A stretch of DNA of 35,922 nucleotides from Silvibacterium sp. (GCA_036264455.1 DATAQX010000132.1:1-35922), one strand, 5' to 3'. Positions 10,255 to 19,863 are shown, numbered from the stretch's first letter. Numbers and translations: made by a program. The notes: generated by a model from the letters alone, not told the origin.

Positions 10255-11613
10255 TCATCCGAGCGACTTGATCTTCTCCGACGCCGCATCCCAGTAGACC
10301 GGGCTCTTGCGGAAATAAGATTCATTCGCAAGATGACAGGCCAGGGCTGCGTTGTGGCCGAAGACCGCATCCTGCACAACCGGCTTCCGCGAGCGAACCG
10401 CTTCGAAGAACTTCCAGAGATGCGGCTTGAGGTCGTCATAGTCGTTTCCGTTAAAAGTGATCGACTCTGGAGCAGGTTCCTGTCCGGGAACGGGATCATG
10501 CTCCTCGTGCCACTGTTTAACGTATGCATTCTTCATGCGAGCTGGAAACGACGCTGAATAATAACTCGGCGAAAGATCGACTCCAGCTTGTGGAATGTAA
10601 GTAACACTGAATTCACGGAGTTCAATAGCACCCCTGGGCCCTTGAAAGCGCGTGACCTCAGTCGATTCGCATGCCAGGGTCAACCGCATGTAGACAGGAA
10701 CGTTGCCGTACTCAAAGAGTACGGGATGCACATCCGGCATGTTGCGCCCGTCCTTCCAGTGATAAATGCCTCCGAATGACGACACGCGTTTCGGCGCCTC
10801 ATTGATGCCCAGAACAAATTGCATACCGCTGATCAGATGGACCAGCAGATCTCCGGCAACACCCGTTCCGTACTCCTTCCAGCAGCGCCAGCGCGCGAAC
10901 GCAAGAGGATCAAATGGCTTTTTCGGCGCTGCTCCTTGCCATGTGTCCCAATCCAGATTCTCGAGCGACAAGTCAGGAGGAGGAGGATATTCCCAGGCGC
11001 CGTTGGGATCGTTGCGGCCGTAAGTGGCTTCCACCAGATTCAGCTCTCCGATCGCACCCTTCTCGTAGAGCTCTTTTGCTTTTGCACAAAGCACGGAGCT
11101 TGTCCGTTGCGCGCCAATCTGAACGATCCGATCCGTCTTCTTCGCAACACCGACCATTGCCAATCCATCAGCTGGATTGTGGGACATGGGTTTTTCACAA
11201 TACACATCCTTGCCTGCAGCTAAGGCATCTACCACCACCTGCTTGTGCCAATGATCGGGAACAGCCACAATGATGGCGTCGATATCTTTGGCATCGAGCA
11301 GTTCCTGATAACGGCGAGTCGTCCGGATCGGCTTGCCGACAATCTCTTTCGCCAGCTCATGGCGGCCGTCGTAAAGATCGGCAGCGGCTACGCACTCCAC
11401 TCCACGGAGCTGGATGGCAGTTGAAAGCAGCCCTGAACCTTCCATGCCAACTCCAACGATTCCAAAACGGAGCTGGTCACTTGGCGCAACCGCCTGCGAT
11501 GCAGACGGAATTGGCTCGGCACTAAGAAAGTTAGCTCCGGAAACCAGGGAAGCACCCATGGTGCCAGCAGTGGTTTGCAAAAATTCACGCCGCGAAAAGA
11601 CCCCTTTACTCAT
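10255..11613 (-). CDS. Tat-exported Gfo/Idh/MocA family NAD-dependent oxidoreductase
   Basis: SRREFL twin-arginine signal, GIVGVG, VPDHWH, DVYCEKP. The ATG at 11613 follows a GGAGGAG RBS and is preferred over the ORF-track start at 11709. Confidence 0.92.
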   Translation of the reverse strand: MSKGVFSRREFLQTTAGTMGASLVSGANFLSAEPIPSASQAVAPSDQLRFGIVGVGMEGSGLLSTAIQLRGVECVAAADLYDGRHELAKEIVGKPIRTTRRYQELLDAKDIDAIIVAVPDHWHKQVVVDALAAGKDVYCEKPMSHNPADGLAMVGVAKKTDRIVQIGAQRTSSVLCAKAKELYEKGAIGELNLVEATYGRNDPNGAWEYPPPPDLSLENLDWDTWQGAAPKKPFDPLAFARWRCWKEYGTGVAGDLLVHLISGMQFVLGINEAPKRVSSFGGIYHWKDGRNMPDVHPVLFEYGNVPVYMRLTLACESTEVTRFQGPRGAIELREFSVTYIPQAGVDLSPSYYSASFPARMKNAYVKQWHEEHDPVPGQEPAPESITFNGNDYDDLKPHLWKFFEAVRSRKPVVQDAVFGHNAALACHLANESYFRKSPVYWDAASEKIKSLG

Positions 11614-11907
11614 AGTTTCGATTCTCCTCCACGATTTTCGAGAATCTGTGAGATTTGCTGAGACAAAGTCAGATTGAACTACAAGCTTTCGTGTCTGCGA
11701 TTTTGACATTTATTAGTTGCCGGCAACTCCAAGCCATTGGTTCTTTGCACGCATGTAACCGCGGCTCGCCGTTCATCGGTACTAAAACGTAGACCTGAGA
11801 CCAAACTGGGAGACCCCTCGTATCCTCACGTGTCGCTGTCGCCTGCGCGATCACAGCGGAGCAGGGCACCCATCGGCGTAGTGCCAGCGTTTTAGAATTT
11901 CCTATAG

Positions 11908-11967
11908 GGAACCGCTTTCAGAAAGCGATTGCAGAACTTTTTTAGACTGCTGCATTCAACTTGTCAA
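11908..11967 (-). promoter_or_regulatory. Sigma70-like promoter with two tandem LacI-type operators (catabolic operon)
   Basis: TTGACA on the minus strand at 11962-11967, 17-bp spacer, TAAAAA at 11939-11944; boxes GGAACCGCTTTC (11908-11919) and GAAAGCGATTGC (11921-11932). Confidence 0.8.
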
Positions 11968-12377
11968 ATAATTTCTGCACGGAATCGCCGATTGTTTGGG
12001 AATCCCTTTCTATCTCATTGGAGGTCGTGATTGAGCACGTCCAGATACTTTGCGTACAGAAACAGGCGACCCCTTCGCTTTCCGCTGGACTCCCGAAAAA
12101 TGTCCGCTTCGGTTATTCGGGCAATAGCCCCTGAGGCAGCTGGAAAGCTGACTTTCACCTCCCACGCCGCGTTCTTAATTGAGAATTATGGCTTAGCTTG
12201 AGCGTATCGATAAATAAGCAGAGCCAAAGCCGCTCCGCGGCCGAAGTGTTCGATCTTTTCTTTATCTACTCGGAAGAAGTTTGTCGATGTTGCCAGCTGT
12301 CCGTGCGGCTTGATTTGCAGTGTCCCGGACACCCTGCAAGAAAAACAGTCGTCCAATCGCTATCAAAGCATCGATAG

Positions 12378-15300
12378 TTATCCTTTAATATCGAGCGCGT
12401 CGGCATGTCTTGTACTATGAATGCGCGACTCGCAAGCTGAAGGGAGCGACGCTGCTGGCCTGTGATTCTTCTTCCATTCCGCCGCCTTTGCTGGTTTGCC
12501 CCATGCCAGATAAAGCTCGGCAAGCCGGTCGCGTGCAAAATCGATTTGATACAAATCCGGAACGGCGATCTTCTCTTTTCGCGCTACCATTCCCTCGTAG
12601 CCTTCGAGCAGCAGCGGTTCCGCTTCGACATAGTTCTTCTGTCCAGCCAAGCTCGCGCCCAGCAGGCTCTCGGCGCGAAATCGTTGCCAGTCATCTGGCT
12701 GCTGCTTTTGATAGAAGTCCACGGATTCGCGCGCGAGGGGCTCGGCTCCGGCAAACTGCCCCTGTGATTCGTAGGCGAGCGCCAGATCGGCCGCTGAACT
12801 CATGGTATCCGGGTCCTCCGAGCCCAGCGCATGCCGCCGTCCTGCCAGGGCCTGCCCAGCATAAGTTTCTGCTTGGGCGTACTTACCCTCACGTTGGTAC
12901 ATGGACGCGAGAGCCGAAATGGCGCCAAGAAAGTCCGGATGCTCGGGCCCCAGCACTCGCCGCTCTATCTCCAGATTCTGACTATAGAGCGCCTCTGCCT
13001 CCTTGTACTTGCCCTGCGCTGCGTAGGCGGCAGCCAGATCGTTCGTGGAGGCCAAGGTGTCAGGATGCTGGGGGCCTAAGAGGCGATGTTGGATCTGGAT
13101 CGTTTCGGTATAAAGCGCCTCGGCACGCTGGAATTTGCCCTGCGCAACGTAGACGTTGGCGAGATTATTCATAGACATCAGTGTGTCGGAATTCTCCGGA
13201 CCGAAGATACGCCGAGTGATTTCCAGACTTGCGCTGTGGAGGGTCTCGGCTGCCGCATACTTGCCCTCTGAGTCATACACGTTGGCCAGATTATTCATGG
13301 ACATTAGTGTTTGAGGATGTTCGGGCCCCAGGACTCGCTGTCGGATCTCTAGCGTCTGGTTCTCGAGCCCCTCTGCCTGCCTGTACTTGCCTTGCGCGTA
13401 ATAGACGCTTGCCAGATTGTCCATGGACGCGAGTGTTTGAGGATGTTCGGGCCCCAGGACTCGCTGTCGGATCTCTAGCGTCTGGTTCTCGAGCCCCTCT
13501 GCCTGCGCATATTTGCCCCGCTCAAAGTAAACGATTGCCATGTCGTGCATGGACTTCAGGGTGTCGGGGTGCTCCGGACCCAACACGCGGCGCTGGATCG
13601 CCAGGGTTTCGTCGTAAAGCGCCTCTGCCTCGGGGTACTTGCTCTGCCGCCAGTAGACATTTGCCAGCGCGTCGATGGACGAAAGAGTGTCGGGGTGCTC
13701 AGCACCTAACACGCGGCGCTGCGTCTCCAGGGTTTGACGGAGAAGCGCCTCCGCCTCGGGATACTTGCCTTGAAGAAAGTCGATATATCCAATGTGGTTC
13801 AGAGTTTTGAGCGTCTCCGGATTTCTTGGCCCCAGCACCCGGCGCTGCAAATCCAGAGCCCCCTCGAATTGTGTGCGGGCCTCAGGGTATAACCCAAGGT
13901 CTATATATGCCTGCCCGATAGTGCCCCGAATCGCAGCTTCCACCTCGGGTTGCCGGTCGAACCGGCCCGTAATGCGGGCAGCTGCGCGATCTAATGCCGT
14001 CCGCACCTTCAGATCTGGATCGGGATTGAAGTTCGGATTCGCCTGGTTGGCCGCGCTCGCCTGTGCGAGAAGATCGTTTTGAAGAAAATCGCTGATCGCC
14101 CGTGAAATTGCCGATTCTTTACTCGCTCGCGCCGCTTCTCGCGTGCTTACGATGATTCCCGCGATCAACACGATGAAGACTGCGGCAACTCCCACGACCA
14201 GAGCTTTGTGCCGGTGCGCGAACTTTTGCAACTGATAGATCGTGCTGGCCGGTCGCGCCATGATCGGCTCGTCGTGCAGGTAACGCCGTATATCGGCAGC
14301 CAACTCCGCGGCCGATGAATAGCGCCGCGTCTTGTCTTTCTCAAGCGCTTTTCCGACGATGGTCTCGATATCTCCGCGGTATGCACGCCTGATCGTACTT
14401 AGCGCGGTGGGCTCCTCCTCTTGAATCGTTCGCGCGGCCTCTGGCAGCCTGGGGCCGATCTTGTACGGCAGCCGACGCGCCAGCATCTGATACAGCACGA
14501 CACCGAGCGAATAGACGTCGCTTCGAGTGTCCAGTTCCAGAGGATCGGCCAGGACCTGTTCCGGACTCATGTATGCGAGGGTTCCAACGATCTGTCCCAG
14601 GTCGGTCTGATGGGTGATTCGGGCGCCACTATCCGTTGCTCGCGCGATACCGAAGTCAAGAACCTTGGGCTGTCCGGTCTCATCCACGAGAATGTTGCCC
14701 GGCTTAAGGTCGCGGTGAATTATCCCGCGTTGATGCGCGTGGTGAACCGCGTCGCAGACCCTGGCAATGAGGTTCAGCCGCTGGCAAGTGTTCAGGTGAT
14801 GCGTATCGGCGTACTCGAGCAGGGGCTGACCACGGATGAACTCCATGACGAAGTACGGTTGCGGACCGAATCCATTTTCAGCAATGCCGGCTTCATAAAT
14901 TTGCGCAATACCGGGATGTTGCAACCTTCCCAGCGCAAGTAATTCCTGCTCAAAGCGCCGGACCAGCCTGGGATCATTTAGATCAGACCTGATGACTTTA
15001 AGGGCCACCGTACGACGCGGGTGTTCCTGTTCCGCCTCGTAAACAATGCCCATTCCGCCTTCGCCGAGGCGACGCACGATTCGAAAACCACCGACGGTGG
15101 ACGGCAACGCAGCCCCGCCTCCGGGAGCCGTAGAATCAACACTAAAATCCTCTGGCGCGATGTCTTTGGATGTATCTGAATCGATATCAAAATCTCCGAC
15201 CATCCGATCCCAAAGCATTCCCATCTGCGGACCCATGGCAGGATTCGATAAGTGCGCATCAGCGCAAGCAAGCAGGGATTTAATCTCCTCGAGCAGGGTA

Positions 15301-15407
15301 GCATCACCATTGCAGGCTTTCTGAAGCCACGCAGAGCGCCCGGCAGGATCGAGTTCGAGCGCTCTCTCGTAGAGCGATTCAATTACCGCCCAGCGCTGGG
15401 GCTCCAT
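12378..15407 (-). CDS. Hanks-type Ser/Thr protein kinase with TM segment and 42-aa TPR repeat array
   Basis: LGEGGMGIVY, VALKVI, HRDLKPGN, DFG, GTLAYMSPEQ, DVYSLG; TM ALVVGVAAVFIVLIAGIIVS; repeated RRVLGPEHPDTL units. Confidence 0.95.
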   Translation of the reverse strand: MEPQRWAVIESLYERALELDPAGRSAWLQKACNGDATLLEEIKSLLACADAHLSNPAMGPQMGMLWDRMVGDFDIDSDTSKDIAPEDFSVDSTAPGGGAALPSTVGGFRIVRRLGEGGMGIVYEAEQEHPRRTVALKVIRSDLNDPRLVRRFEQELLALGRLQHPGIAQIYEAGIAENGFGPQPYFVMEFIRGQPLLEYADTHHLNTCQRLNLIARVCDAVHHAHQRGIIHRDLKPGNILVDETGQPKVLDFGIARATDSGARITHQTDLGQIVGTLAYMSPEQVLADPLELDTRSDVYSLGVVLYQMLARRLPYKIGPRLPEAARTIQEEEPTALSTIRRAYRGDIETIVGKALEKDKTRRYSSAAELAADIRRYLHDEPIMARPASTIYQLQKFAHRHKALVVGVAAVFIVLIAGIIVSTREAARASKESAISRAISDFLQNDLLAQASAANQANPNFNPDPDLKVRTALDRAAARITGRFDRQPEVEAAIRGTIGQAYIDLGLYPEARTQFEGALDLQRRVLGPRNPETLKTLNHIGYIDFLQGKYPEAEALLRQTLETQRRVLGAEHPDTLSSIDALANVYWRQSKYPEAEALYDETLAIQRRVLGPEHPDTLKSMHDMAIVYFERGKYAQAEGLENQTLEIRQRVLGPEHPQTLASMDNLASVYYAQGKYRQAEGLENQTLEIRQRVLGPEHPQTLMSMNNLANVYDSEGKYAAAETLHSASLEITRRIFGPENSDTLMSMNNLANVYVAQGKFQRAEALYTETIQIQHRLLGPQHPDTLASTNDLAAAYAAQGKYKEAEALYSQNLEIERRVLGPEHPDFLGAISALASMYQREGKYAQAETYAGQALAGRRHALGSEDPDTMSSAADLALAYESQGQFAGAEPLARESVDFYQKQQPDDWQRFRAESLLGASLAGQKNYVEAEPLLLEGYEGMVARKEKIAVPDLYQIDFARDRLAELYLAWGKPAKAAEWKKNHRPAASLPSACESRIHSTRHADALDIKG
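13306..13506. repeat. Exact 75-bp direct repeat with 126-bp period in the TPR coding region
   Basis: 13306-13380 is identical to 13432-13506; both encode QAEGLENQTLEIRQRVLGPEHPQTL. Confidence 0.9.
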
Positions 15408-15981
15408 GTTCGTCCTCGCTGCTCATTTCGCGAACGAGCCATGCCTTGGCCAGGCTCCAGTCGCGGTTCACACTTTGCGGTGAAATATGAAGCACCGCTG
15501 CTATCTCCTCGGCTGTAAGACCACCGAAGTAACGCATTTCGACGACCCGGGCCTTGCGCGTGTCAAACTCGGCCAGCCGTTCGAGCGCCTCATGCAGCCG
15601 AATCACCATGGGATCCGGCTCCGAGGAGAGGATCAACGCATCGTCCAAAGTTGTTCGTCGTGCGACTCCTTCACGTTTTGCGCAGTCTCGCGCTCGAGCG
15701 TAATCGACAAGAACGCGGCGCATGATCCGAGCGCCCACAGCAAGAAAATGGGCTCGATCCTGCCACTCAATCTGGCTTATGTCAACGAGCCGAAGATAGG
15801 CCTCGTGTACAAGGGCTGTGGCTTGAACGGTGTGATCAGGACGCTCCCGGCTTAAGCATCGGCGCGCTATGTCGCGCAGCTCTGGATATACGAGCTTGAC
15901 AATTCTGGCTAGCGCGGCCTCGTCGCCGCCGCCCCAGGCACGAAGAAGCTCGGTGACTTCAGAGGAAGGCGATTGAACCAT
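15379..15981 (-). CDS. ECF RNA polymerase sigma factor, kinase-associated (TIGR02999-like)
   Basis: EVTELLRAWGGGDEAAL, HTVQATALVHEAYLRL, AHFLAVGARIMRRVLVDYAR, VVEMRYFGGL, RDWSLAKAWL. Overlaps the kinase start; ATG 15981 follows GGAAGG. Confidence 0.92.
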   Translation of the reverse strand: MVQSPSSEVTELLRAWGGGDEAALARIVKLVYPELRDIARRCLSRERPDHTVQATALVHEAYLRLVDISQIEWQDRAHFLAVGARIMRRVLVDYARARDCAKREGVARRTTLDDALILSSEPDPMVIRLHEALERLAEFDTRKARVVEMRYFGGLTAEEIAAVLHISPQSVNRDWSLAKAWLVREMSSEDEHGAPALGGN

Positions 15982-16260
15982 AGACTGGCCTTCCCTTTCA
16001 AAGTTGCCACATTTTAACGCCCGCAGAATTTCAGGCGCAAGTGAACTCGTTTCGCGACACACGGCAACTAAGCCCCCGGTGCTTAGTGCGTTTCATTCAG
16101 AGTTCGTTACTGATCGCGATCAAAAAAATTGGGCGCATTAGCAATTGCGCGAACATTTCTCGCCTATATGAGCAAGGTGGAACGCGAGGGAGTTCGCACA
16201 GGTAAGACACACCCCCAATCCAACGCGACGAGCAACGTTCAACTTGAGAGGAGATTGACT

Positions 16261-18309
16261 ATGACTACAAGAATGATCGTGAAGAAGAATCGAGCATCAA
16301 TCGCAGCGATGCTTTTGTTGCTTCTGACTGCAACACTAACTGTGGCTCAATCAACCAGCAGCGCAGGGTCATCGGGTGCTGTGCCTCAAATGGTCAAATT
16401 CGGTGGCGTCTTGAAAGATGATGTCGGCCATTTAAAGACCGGCATGGTCGGCCTCACCTTTGCTGTCTACAAGGAACAGGATGGCGGTACACCGCTCTGG
16501 CTGGAGACTCAGAATGTAGAGGCCGACAGCGAGGGCAAGTACTCAGTGTTACTGGGTTCGACCAAGACCGAGGGTTTGCCCGCTGAGCTGTTCAGCAGCA
16601 ATGAACCACGGTGGCTGGGAGTGCAACTCGAAGGACAGGCTGAACAACCGCGGATTCTGTTTGTGAGCGTGCCTTACGCTATGAGAGCGTTGGACGCTGC
16701 GACGATCGGCGGACTGCCGCCGTCCGCTTTCGTGCGCGCGCGCGTACCTGGAACGGGTGGTAAGAACAATTCGTCCACTGCATCTACGTCGAGTACGGCA
16801 GCTACGCCAGGTACGGCAGCCAGTACGACAGCCAGTACGCCGCAAATCTCCGGATCAGGAAAGACCGACTTCATACCGATCTGGACGAGCAGCTCAACGC
16901 TCGGCAATTCAACGATCTTCGAAAACGCGGGCAAGGTTGGCATTGGGACGACGACACCAGGAGCCTTTGAGCTCGCGGTGAATGCACCCAACCAGCTGGG
17001 CGAGCAGGTCGAAGGGCCCTTCGCCGGTGTGGGTGCCGGTTTCCAACTCCAGACCACCGGGACAGGCGGCAAAGGCTGGGAGCTTCTGGCCACCGGCAAC
17101 ATCTCGGCTCAAGGCCCAGGCAAGCTGAATATTCGGGATCTGTCCACGGCGAGAGACGTCTTTACCATCGCTCCTGGCGGACTCGTGGGCATCAACGACA
17201 CGAAGCCGGGAACGGTTTTGCAAGTCACAGACAACAATGTCGTTTGCTGCGCGGTGGGCACCGTGCTTGCCGCAGACGCCTTCAAAGTTGGCACAGCAGT
17301 GTTCGGAGACGTGACTGGTACTAGCGGCCTGTCGCACGGTGTTTTTGGCCAGATTTTCAGCCCAGTAACTGGATCGGCAGCCGTGGTAGGTGAAGCCCAG
17401 GGCGCCTCGGGGCAGAATTCTGGTGTTGCGGGCTTTAACGAAAGCAGCGGCAGACTCGCTGCCGGCGTTGTGGCTGCGGAAGAGGCGAGCAGCGGCTTCA
17501 CACTGGGCGTGAGTGCAGTAAGCGATAGTCCGAAGGGCACCGGGGTTCTTGGTTTAGGTCAGGGGATGAGCAATACCGGAAATGCGCTGACTGGATGCTG
17601 CGCGTTCGGCGTGTGGGGAGACACTCGGTCGAACATATTCGGAGACGCAGGCCTGATCGGCACGGCAGATGATGCTCGCGCTATCTACCTGCAGAACAAC
17701 AGCCCCAGCGGAGTGCCAACGGCATTCATGTTTCAGGGAGCGGCGAATCAGCTGGCTTTGCAGGCCGGCGGCAACGGCGGCTTTTGCACCATTGACAGCA
17801 ACGGACACGAGAACTGCCCCAATGGATTTTCTGAGACGGCCGCAGTGGCAAGCGGGACGCGCCGGGTCTCACTCTATGCCATGGAATCGCCGCAGCATTG
17901 GTTCGAGGATTTTGGAGCGGGACGGCTCGAGAATGGCACGGCCGCCGTGGCCCTCGATCCCACTTTTGCTGAGACCGTGAACGGAGCCTCGGACTATCAT
18001 GTGTTTCTTACGCCCGAGGGAGACTGCCGCGGTCTTTACGTAAGCCGCAAGACTGCCTCCGGTTTCGAAGTGCGGGAGCTCGGCGGCGGCCAGTCGACCG
18101 TGGCCTTCGACTATCGGATTGTGGCCCTGCGTCGCGGCTTTGAAAGCGTGCGTCTTGCGGATGTAACCGATCGCTGGAACAAGATGAACGAACCGCAGAT
18201 CAAGCCGGAGCCCGGACCGCCGTTCAAGGTTCCCAGTGCGCCCCCGGCGCCGTCCGTGCCCGCTCAGTCCAATGTCCCGGGAGCCATGGCGCTCGATGGA
18301 CCGAGGTAG
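16261..18309 (+). CDS. Secreted hypothetical protein with Gly-rich beta-repeat, fibre/adhesin-like architecture
   Basis: GAGAGGAG RBS, signal peptide, N-domain VKFGGVLKD..PLWLETQNV..SVPYA, S/T linker, GKVGIGTTTP motif, GVxG repeats, C-domain ESPQHWFEDFG..YHVFLTP..FDYRIVA. Confidence 0.7.
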   Translation: MTTRMIVKKNRASIAAMLLLLLTATLTVAQSTSSAGSSGAVPQMVKFGGVLKDDVGHLKTGMVGLTFAVYKEQDGGTPLWLETQNVEADSEGKYSVLLGSTKTEGLPAELFSSNEPRWLGVQLEGQAEQPRILFVSVPYAMRALDAATIGGLPPSAFVRARVPGTGGKNNSSTASTSSTAATPGTAASTTASTPQISGSGKTDFIPIWTSSSTLGNSTIFENAGKVGIGTTTPGAFELAVNAPNQLGEQVEGPFAGVGAGFQLQTTGTGGKGWELLATGNISAQGPGKLNIRDLSTARDVFTIAPGGLVGINDTKPGTVLQVTDNNVVCCAVGTVLAADAFKVGTAVFGDVTGTSGLSHGVFGQIFSPVTGSAAVVGEAQGASGQNSGVAGFNESSGRLAAGVVAAEEASSGFTLGVSAVSDSPKGTGVLGLGQGMSNTGNALTGCCAFGVWGDTRSNIFGDAGLIGTADDARAIYLQNNSPSGVPTAFMFQGAANQLALQAGGNGGFCTIDSNGHENCPNGFSETAAVASGTRRVSLYAMESPQHWFEDFGAGRLENGTAAVALDPTFAETVNGASDYHVFLTPEGDCRGLYVSRKTASGFEVRELGGGQSTVAFDYRIVALRRGFESVRLADVTDRWNKMNEPQIKPEPGPPFKVPSAPPAPSVPAQSNVPGAMALDGPR

Positions 18310-18388
18310 CCCACATGCGGCCGACCTCCGTCGTAGAGTTTGACGCGGAGGTCGGTCCTAACCTGGTGGAAAGTTGGCGGAGTTGAAT

Positions 18389-19863
18389 ATGGCGCTTATC
18401 ACTCGGAGACACGTCGTCCGGCAAATGGCGCTTGCCGCCGCACTCTGCGGATGCCCGATTAGTGCGATTGGTGAAGCGCGACGGCTTTTCGACGCGGACG
18501 AACAGAATGGCCCTCCGCTCGATCCGGCGACGATCCGCAAGCTGGCTTCCGAAATCGTCGGCCAGGTAATCACGCCGGACGGATCCGAGTACGAAGTGGC
18601 ACGCTTGACCTTCAACCGGGCATTCGATCACCGTCCGGCGGTGATTGTGCGCTGCGCTGGCTCATCGGACGTCGCGCGCGCCCTGGATTTTGCCCAGACC
18701 AAAAATTTGCCACTGGCGGTGCGCGGTGGAGGCCATAGCCGGCTCGGGTATGGGATGTGCGACGGCGGCGTGGTGATCGACGTCTCCGGAATGAAACGAG
18801 TGGAAGTCGATGCCGGCAGACGCGTGGCCCGCGCCGAGTCAGGCGCGCTCGTGCGCGATCTGGACCAAGCCACGCAGCGCTTTGGGCTTGCGACAACGTC
18901 GGGCGGGTGCCCGACGGTAGGAATTGCTGGCCTGACCCTCGGCGGGGGAGAAGGTCGCTTGATGGACAAGTACGGCGCCGCCTGCGACAACCTGCTATCG
19001 GCGCAAGTGGTGACCGTGGACGGGAAACAAGTCGAGGCCAGCCAGGAGTCCAATCCAGATCTTTTTTGGCGATTCGCGGCGGCGGCGGCAACTTCGGTGT
19101 AGTGACGGCGTTGGAGTACCAGCTTCATCCTGTAGGCGAGGTCGTTTCGGGAGCGCTGATGTATCCCGCGGGACGCATTCCAGACCTACTGCAGGCTTTC
19201 GTCAGGTTTCTTGCGGAGGCCCCGGATGAAATGGACGCGTTTGCCCAGTTGTTGCCGTCCGAACGGGGGCCAAGGCTCAAAATCGATGTCTGCTATTGCG
19301 GCGATCCAAGAATGGGGACTGACTTGCTCAGGCCGCTGCGAGCGCTCAAACCGCAGGATGACAGCGTCAGGGTCATGCCCTATCTGGAAGCTCAGGCGGC
19401 AGGTGGATTTCTTCTAGCGCCGGTTGCACACTTCCAAACGAACCTCTTTCTTCGGGAACTCAGCGGGGCCGCCATTGCGGCGATTACGGCCGCAACCAAC
19501 AATGCGCCAGCAACGTGCAAGGTGATCATCGTGCCGTTTCGCGGGGCTGTTAGCCGGGTAAGTTTGAGTGATATGGCGTTTGCTCTGCGGCAGCCTGGCT
19601 ATGAGGTAGACATGACGGGTGTCTGGAGCGCTCCTGCAGAGAAGGCCAATGCGGTGCGATGGGTCCAGGCTACGCGCGACAATTTGCAACCCTTCGCGCA
19701 TGGAGTGTATGTCAACCAGCTAGGCGATACGAGCGACCAGCTGGTGCGCTCGGCCTACGGGCCGAACTATGCTCGCCTCGTAGAGATCAAGGAAAAGTAC
19801 GACCCAAAGAACGTGCTGCGGCTCAATCAAAACATCAAGCCGGATAGTACCTCGAATAGTTAA
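18389..19863 (+). pseudogene. FAD-binding oxidoreductase (FAD_binding_4/BBE family) split by a 1-nt frameshift; pseudogene or sequencing error
   Basis: PAVIVRC..VRGGGHS, GIAGLTLGGG, PDLFW in one frame; AIRGGGGNFGVVT..YVNQ..YGPNYARLVEIKEKYDPKNV in another; one G missing at 19068-19069; Tat-like TRRHVV. Confidence 0.85.

Noticed and set aside
11614-11709. Longer starts from the ORF track (11709 for the oxidoreductase; likewise 16062, 16129, 18374, 31043)
   Set aside because: Downstream ATGs have better RBS or coupling and put signal peptides or domains at the N-terminus.
11970-12377. Small ORFs after GGAGG at ~12021 and ORF 12266..12538
   Set aside because: No recognisable similarity or compositional support; left as unexplained intergenic DNA.
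12830-13860. Periodic repeats as a CRISPR array
   Set aside because: The 126-bp period is in-frame TPR coding sequence; no unique spacers and no cas genes.
19061-19070. Programmed ribosomal frameshift at CTTTTTTGG
   Set aside because: Not a canonical slippery heptamer, the family is not known for recoding, and a one-base loss explains it.
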